Source: a virus (lineage: Duplodnaviria; Heunggongvirae; Uroviricota; Caudoviricetes). Taken from it: DNA of 59,158 bases. Position numbers and translations under genes: made by a program. The notes under the pieces were generated by a model. It saw nothing but the letters and a program-made list of their open reading frames with translations, had not been told where the DNA came from and did no database searches. Numbering within the stretch: the stretch's first letter is position 1; every line of letters begins with the position of its first letter. The stretch spans positions 1 to 59,158 of the IMG/VR virus record IMGVR_UViG_3300014024_000069. The stretch is one strand, 5' to 3'. Shown piece by piece: positions 53,803 through 59,158 of the stretch.

Positions 53803-54357
53803 TAGTTGAGCATACCACATTGTTTTAGCCTTTTGTTAAGCACAAATGGTCCACACGATCAGTGTCCTTTTGAGAGTTAACCTCACGGTTTCACTCTAGA
53901 ACTAGGGATTTTGGGTGTGGCGATGGTGCGATTAGTCATGCAGGCACCTCCGCAGCATAGGCTCGTCGATAAACCCGACACCCCGCACGCGGCACCACAG
54001 CTCCCATAGATGTACCCCGGCGCGCCGGGAACACCAGAAGGGGTATCAAAAGGAATGCCGAATGTGTTGGTGCGACTAGGCTTCCTGCGTCACCGCCACC
54101 AATTCATACGCTGGCGGCACACAAGATACCCCGCTCTCCAATGATGGGGTGGTGCCAGTAGAAGCACGCTCCCGCCCTGCCCGACTCATACACTCATCCT
54201 GGATCAGACGAGGGGAGTGCACGCTGCTTAATTAGGGGCGTGCATGCCGCGCCCTGCACCCCTGTTAGGTAGAAAGATTATCGTTAAGTATAATTGCTGG
54301 TGTCCGTGGACTTGAACCGCTTCCAAGACCAGCCGATTCCCATAGAAGGAGAAAAAT

Positions 54358-54567
54358 ATGATCACTATATCCGAACACTACATTTCACTTGCAGCTTTCC
54401 TATTGTCGCTTGTGGTGATGTTAGTCATATTGTTAATTCTCAATGTGCTTGCTGCACGTTTCGGGGTAAAGGAGGTGAAGGTTCAGATTTTCCGCGAGGT
54501 CAAGGAAACAAAGAACCCACCTACCACCCCCAATACCCCGCCACGTAGGGATAATGAGGTAGAGTAA
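54358..54567 (+). CDS. Small 1-TM membrane protein
   Basis: SD GAAGGAG; TATAAT upstream; hydrophobic helix then basic/Pro tail. Confidence 0.72.
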   Translation: MITISEHYISLAAFLLSLVVMLVILLILNVLAARFGVKEVKVQIFREVKETKNPPTTPNTPPRRDNEVE

Positions 54568-54638
54568 TGGAAAATCTTTTCATTCTCTGGCCGTTAATAG
54601 TGGTATTGGTGGTAGTGATAGCAAGAGAGTTTCTTTAA
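54567..54638 (+). CDS. 23-aa hydrophobic peptide (absent from the ORF track)
   Basis: MENLFILWPLIVVLVVVIAREFL; TAATG stop/start overlap, SD GAGGT, terminator ACCCCAGCTT..AAGCTGGGGT follows. Confidence 0.6.
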   Translation: MENLFILWPLIVVLVVVIAREFL

Positions 54639-54849
54639 AATCCACCCCAGCTTAACAAGCTGGGGTTTTCTTATTGTCAAACCAAAAGCACTTCTAAGCC
54701 GCTACCCCGCACCTGTGGACTGTCGCCGCCGCCGCGCCCGCAAAGAAAAAGAGAGGGTGCGGTTGCGACAACAACACAGGTGCACAATACCTCATTAGTG
54801 AGGAGGAATGGACATGTCATACACTTGACACGCCCATTCCTCTAGTCCC

Positions 54850-56879
54850 CTAACGTGAGCTTCCCTTCATGAAGCGCCGCAGGGTGCCCAGCGCGTCGGC
54901 GCTCATGGTGCCGTCAGCACCAAGCCACCATTTCACCACATCTACCACCTGCAAAAAAGACCCTGGAGAAACCGGAACCACCCCACCACCAGCAGGAATA
55001 CTATGCCGCGCGGCCGCTGCAACATCAGGAAGCAGCTCACCTTCATCATCGGTGTAGTCAGGACCATACACCTCAAACCAGTCTTGCTCTTGGTGCCCAT
55101 AGTCCACATACACAATAGGTGAGAATCCACCATCTGGCACACCATAAGACACACCAACAGGAGCATTACCACTGGTGGAACCTCCGCCCTCATGCCCACC
55201 AGAACCAGCGGCACCAGCAAGCCCAATAATCGCGGCATCCTCTTTGCTTGCGCCGCACCCACGGTTGCCGCCGCCGTGGGTGCCCGGCGCGGGGGTTGGC
55301 GCTGGTGCAGGCGAGTGTTCCCACACGTTACCCGCGCCTGCGTGCCCAGTGGAACCTGGAACGCCCCGAGCGTAGGAACCTTCATCACAGCGTTCGCCGT
55401 GGCGCCGGCATCTGCGTTAAACAGATCACCTGCATGACACTCATGAGGACGCGCGCCAATAAAACCCAGCTCAGCGCCTATACCACCCTCATCAGCAAAG
55501 GATTTCTCCCTCTGGGTTTGCTTGTCGTTGAACATGCCGGCTTTTTCACCCCCAGGGGCTGCCACGGCATCACCGTGGACGCTGGCGGCACTGGCATGTC
55601 CAAGCCCCGTGGTTCCTGCACCGTCGCGCCGGGTAAGTGTGTACGCATCCTCGTCGGGAACCCTAGTGGTGGGCACGCCCGCGCCGATTTCCGACGCACC
55701 ACAAGAGCCGCAACGCGCGGCTTTGCCAGCGTCGTTGCTTAGCTGTGAGGCTGATTGGCATGGGGTTTCCTTGTCCCTTGCCTGTTCACCACCAGGGGTA
55801 TTGGCAGTGATTCCGCCGCTGGTGCCACTATTCTCGCCATACTGGGAAATGCTATCGGCACGGTTGGCGCCGTCGTTGATGGTGGCGCGGCTGCCTACCG
55901 TGGGCACCCCGCCATTACTCTCCGTGTTTTCTGCACTACCCACGGTATCTGACCCCACGCCCGCCCGGCGTGTCTCTGCAGTAGTCGCTGCCTCGCTGCC
56001 ATCGTGAGTGCCGCTGTCTCCTGCACTCAACCCCGCGTCTACATTTGCATCCTTGTCTACGGGTACCGTCGTGCGCGGACCATCCGCCTCCGTAGCTTCA
56101 CCTGGACTGTCACACACGGCTACACCCAGAGCGCCAGGGCTGGGTACCGACGCTCCCCAGGTATCACCACTCACCGGATCCGCGCCACCTCTAATGCCCA
56201 TGTCTGACCCCGCGCCTGCTTGTTGGCACCGCGCCGGGTCCACAAACACCAACGCGGGTGCGGACTCGTCCTTGGTGTTGGTGAGCACAACCCGCCCATC
56301 AGCGCCACGGTTGAAATCCCACTCCAAATCCACGCGCCACCCCTCGCCCTGAATGGCATGCTGGGTGGCTTTCACCGTGTCATCCCACGACAGTAGGATA
56401 CGGTTGAAAAACACAGGGCAGTCATACCGTGACCTCATCACCGACGACGCTAACTGTATACCATCATCCAACCACCTGCTCATGAACTGCTGCACTGAAT
56501 CAGGGGTGGGGTTTCGCACAACCCACAGTCCCGCCAGCGCCCAACGCCCCGCTGTGGTGTCGTCTGGAGTGTAGGCTGCCGCGACCATTTCCGCCCCGCG
56601 CTCATAATCCATGTCCTTGTGGTAGCCCACATGGTTGTCGTTCCACCTGCGTTGCTGCATGGTGAGCACCAGCCGCATGTCCCCGCCGGTCCATTCCCAA
56701 TGTTCCCAGTCTTGCGCGCCGGGGCCTGCGGGCGTGTCCAGGGCGGAATGGTTGCCGCCGCACTCGCAGCCTCCGCATGTGGTGTGGTCGCGGCGGCCCC
56801 CGTCATCCACAACCCCAGCACCCTTTACCGCTGTTTCCGACTGCACTGAGTGTTGCGTACAGTTATTTTTCATGCTCAT
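54850..56879 (-). pseudogene. Homolog of 42281..43612 with a ~370-aa low-complexity insert and a -1 frameshift near 55385-55415
   Basis: N-terminal homology in ORF 54942..56879, C-terminal homology in ORF 54850..55326. Confidence 0.72.
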
Positions 56880-57177
56880 TCCTGCTTTCCTCGTAGTGGA
56901 GTTGCGACGTTAAGTGATAGCCATGACAGCTTGGACACAGGTAGTATCGGCACTCCCGATTACACCCAGGGTGATGACCAACAATCCGCGCCAACGCCTT
57001 CAAAGCATAATCAGCGTTCTTATGCCGAACCTTCCCAGTTGCAGAGCAAATAAACAAGGACGGTCGCTTTTCTTTCGCGCGTTTCCTGGATCGTCTATTT
57101 CGCTCTTTTACCCATCTACGTCGAGTTTTCCTCTCCTGTGCTCTACCCACAGCAATCACCATGCTTCCCAATATCAC
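56863..57177 (-). CDS. Basic zinc-finger-like phage protein; start uncertain
   Basis: CSATGKVRH...A..AL...RYYLCPSCHGYHLTS. Confidence 0.72.
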   Translation of the reverse strand: MILGSMVIAVGRAQERKTRRRWVKERNRRSRKRAKEKRPSLFICSATGKVRHKNADYALKALARIVGHHPGCNRECRYYLCPSCHGYHLTSQLHYEESRNEHEK

Positions 57178-57281
57178 TCACACGGCAGTGCCCATTGTCA
57201 CCATCCGCGCCAGGCGCGCCGCCCGTGGCATCGCCGCATGAATCACCACCAGTATTACTACTAGAAACGTACTTGCGTGAT

Positions 57282-57830
57282 TCACCCAACAGGGGCGCGC
57301 CCACGTATGTTCTCATCAGTGACAGCACCCCTGCTGTCACGCCGCCCACCGCTGTGAGTATCGGCATCACCCGCGAGCGCGCTGATAGTTGGTGCGGCAG
57401 CCGCAGTTCCCGCGTCGTGTTCGACACGCCCGCCTGACATACCGCATGAAACCCCATCTGTGATGCCACCAGTATTCCCCGCTGGTTGTGGCGCGCGGAT
57501 ACCCACAACGCCGTGGCACCCATGACTATCGTACCCACCGCCACCACCAGCGGAGATGCAACCAGGATCACCATGAGAAAAACCAGAAGAATCAAACCGT
57601 GGCGCGCCGGGTAAAACAACCCGGAGAACACGCACACTATCCTCACCATAGGTTTTCTCCGCCTCGTCACGGTTAGCGGCATTAACAGCTTCCCGCACGT
57701 CCCCATGCGTCAACCCCGGCGTGCCGGGAAAACCTTGACCTCCGCAACCACCATCACCCCCAGATAGTGGCGAATATGCGCCTCCACTCATAGATGCAGA
57801 GGTAGCAGTATTCCCATTCGTTTCACTCAT
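57282..57830 (-). CDS. Gly-rich low-complexity hypothetical protein
   Basis: SD AAAGGAG before ATG 57830. Confidence 0.55.
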   Translation of the reverse strand: MSETNGNTATSASMSGGAYSPLSGGDGGCGGQGFPGTPGLTHGDVREAVNAANRDEAEKTYGEDSVRVLRVVLPGAPRFDSSGFSHGDPGCISAGGGGGYDSHGCHGVVGIRAPQPAGNTGGITDGVSCGMSGGRVEHDAGTAAAAPTISALAGDADTHSGGRRDSRGAVTDENIRGRAPVG

Positions 57831-58274
57831 TGACACTCCTTTTCAAAAAACAGGGCGGCAACCCGGCACACCCAAAATCGTATAGTTTTATACACCCCAT
57901 TGTCCTACCCACACACCCGCATGCGCAAACCAAAAAGGCAGGAACGGACTTGATGCCACCCCAGAAGAGAAAACACAAGAGACATAAAGAGGAAAACCCC
58001 GAAAAGACACACAAAAAGAAACCCCACCCGCCTGCGCCGCCGCCCATAACCTCGCAGTGACACAAGTTGAACACAAGAAAACAGGGCGACATATAACCAA
58101 TGAGGGCATGTAGACACGCCGGGTGTGGATGGAGCTTCCCGGCGCGACCACACGGGTGCGCGTTAAGGCACCGTCTCCGCCCCGAACGAACATCACTTGC
58201 GTGAGACAACACCCACCGCGCCGGGAATCCAGCAACCAGGCAGACAAAAGCACCCCCAAGGGTGGACGTTGTAG

Positions 58275-58338
58275 ACACATAGGCGTATAGCTATATAGCC
58301 ATATAGGTATATAGGTGCATAGCTGTATAGGTAGATAG
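58275..58338. repeat. Tandem array of eight imperfect 8-bp units (NNNNATAG)
   Basis: acacatag gcgtatag ctatatag ccatatag gtatatag gtgcatag ctgtatag gtagatag. Confidence 0.85.
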
Positions 58339-58608
58339 CCCACCATCAATCATGGAGGCTATCGGCGTGAATCACTCATGGGCACCCAGCCTGAATCCCT
58401 TTATCCCTTTGCCGTCGCCGTGCACCGCTACCGCTGCCCGAAATACGGTCAATCCGCGTGACTGGACACAAGCGTGAGAACAAGTACACTCAGGCATCGC
58501 CTCCCAGTAGTGCACGTTTATCCTCCGCATATAGACCAAACCTGCCGGGGAAGAACTTTTCGACTTTCATCTAGGGCATCACAATAAGGGGTGACCCGCA
58601 CAAGGAAA

Positions 58609-58643
58609 TTGACAAACCAACTATGCGAACCTAATATAAATCA
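58609..58643 (+). promoter_or_regulatory. Repeated promoter module, copy 11
   Basis: AGGGGT-N16-TTGACA(58609)-N17-TAATAT-AAATCA. Confidence 0.82.
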
Positions 58644-58696
58644 CATATGGAGGAAAGCGGAGAAGAAACCGCTTGAACACAGGAAGGAAGCGCATT

Positions 58697-59008
58697 ATGG
58701 ATAACAAAAAGTATTACAGCCACTTCACTCACGGTGCAGAAATCGTCGCCGTGATGCGCACAGAAGGCCCAGCAACCCCACTCCTGTACATCATGGAGGC
58801 AAAAGTAGGCGCAAAGGACTCCAGCTACTTTGCATGGGCAGAAACCGCCCCCAAATGGTACATCATAACCACAGAAGAACACGAGTTGTATTGGAAAAAG
58901 GGAGCTGGTTTTCTGGAAGACGGAAGACAAGGATACAAACGACTCCCCCACGCTTTCAAGGCTGCCATAGAGCAGCTGGAAGTTGAAGGCTTCCTAGAAT
59001 CCACATAA
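58697..59008 (+). CDS. Hypothetical protein (cassette gene)
   Basis: SD AGGAAGGA behind promoter module 11. Confidence 0.78.
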   Translation: MDNKKYYSHFTHGAEIVAVMRTEGPATPLLYIMEAKVGAKDSSYFAWAETAPKWYIITTEEHELYWKKGAGFLEDGRQGYKRLPHAFKAAIEQLEVEGFLEST

Positions 59009-59158
59009 ACCCCACGCCCGCCCCGCCCACCGCGCACCCCCAATCAAAAACGAGCACTATGGGCGGGGTTTCCTATTGCCAAAAGCACCACCCAGAAGGG
59101 AAGAAGCCCAGGAAGAAAACAGACAGGGCTTTTCTTCATGATCTCTACACCCCCGTTG

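Noticed and set aside
55415..55425. TTTAAC as a programmed frameshift site
   Set aside because: Not an X XXY YYZ heptamer, and the -1 frame reads TAA at that point
1063..58643. Repeated module as a CRISPR array or integron attC sites
   Set aside because: Copies are kilobases apart, in both orientations, with promoter geometry; no cas or integrase gene seen in the window

Overview
Accessory or early-gene-like region of a large mobile genome, most likely a big phage or extrachromosomal element of an actinobacterial host. This is inferred from leaderless TAnnnT-N6/7-ATG starts, orphan methyltransferases, solitary tRNAs and the absence of housekeeping operons. I saw no capsid, terminase, integrase or replication gene, so the element type is not proven. 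Recognisable genes: a HIT hydrolase, a split type III Mod-like MTase, an EcoRI-family MTase, a LURP-one/Tubby-like lipoprotein, a HAD-domain protein, three LysR-type HTH-only proteins, three DpnD/PcfM-like proteins, tRNA-Ser(GCT) and tRNA-Tyr(GTA). Most other genes fall into expanded families of unknown function (large alpha/beta proteins, minus-strand 2-TM proteins), and several are disrupted. The most striking signals are non-coding. (1) Eleven copies of a promoter/leader module (TTGACA-N17-TAATAT-AAATCATGTCAGCAAC, stem-loop, SD, upstream CGGGGGT box) drive mostly short AT-rich gene cassettes. (2) Several stand-alone promoter-structured RNA-terminator units occur, two resembling orphan RNA antitoxins. 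(3) Two short motifs are over-represented: strand-biased CTAGTCCC(C) and CGCGCCGGG. (4) There is an 8x8-bp tandem array.
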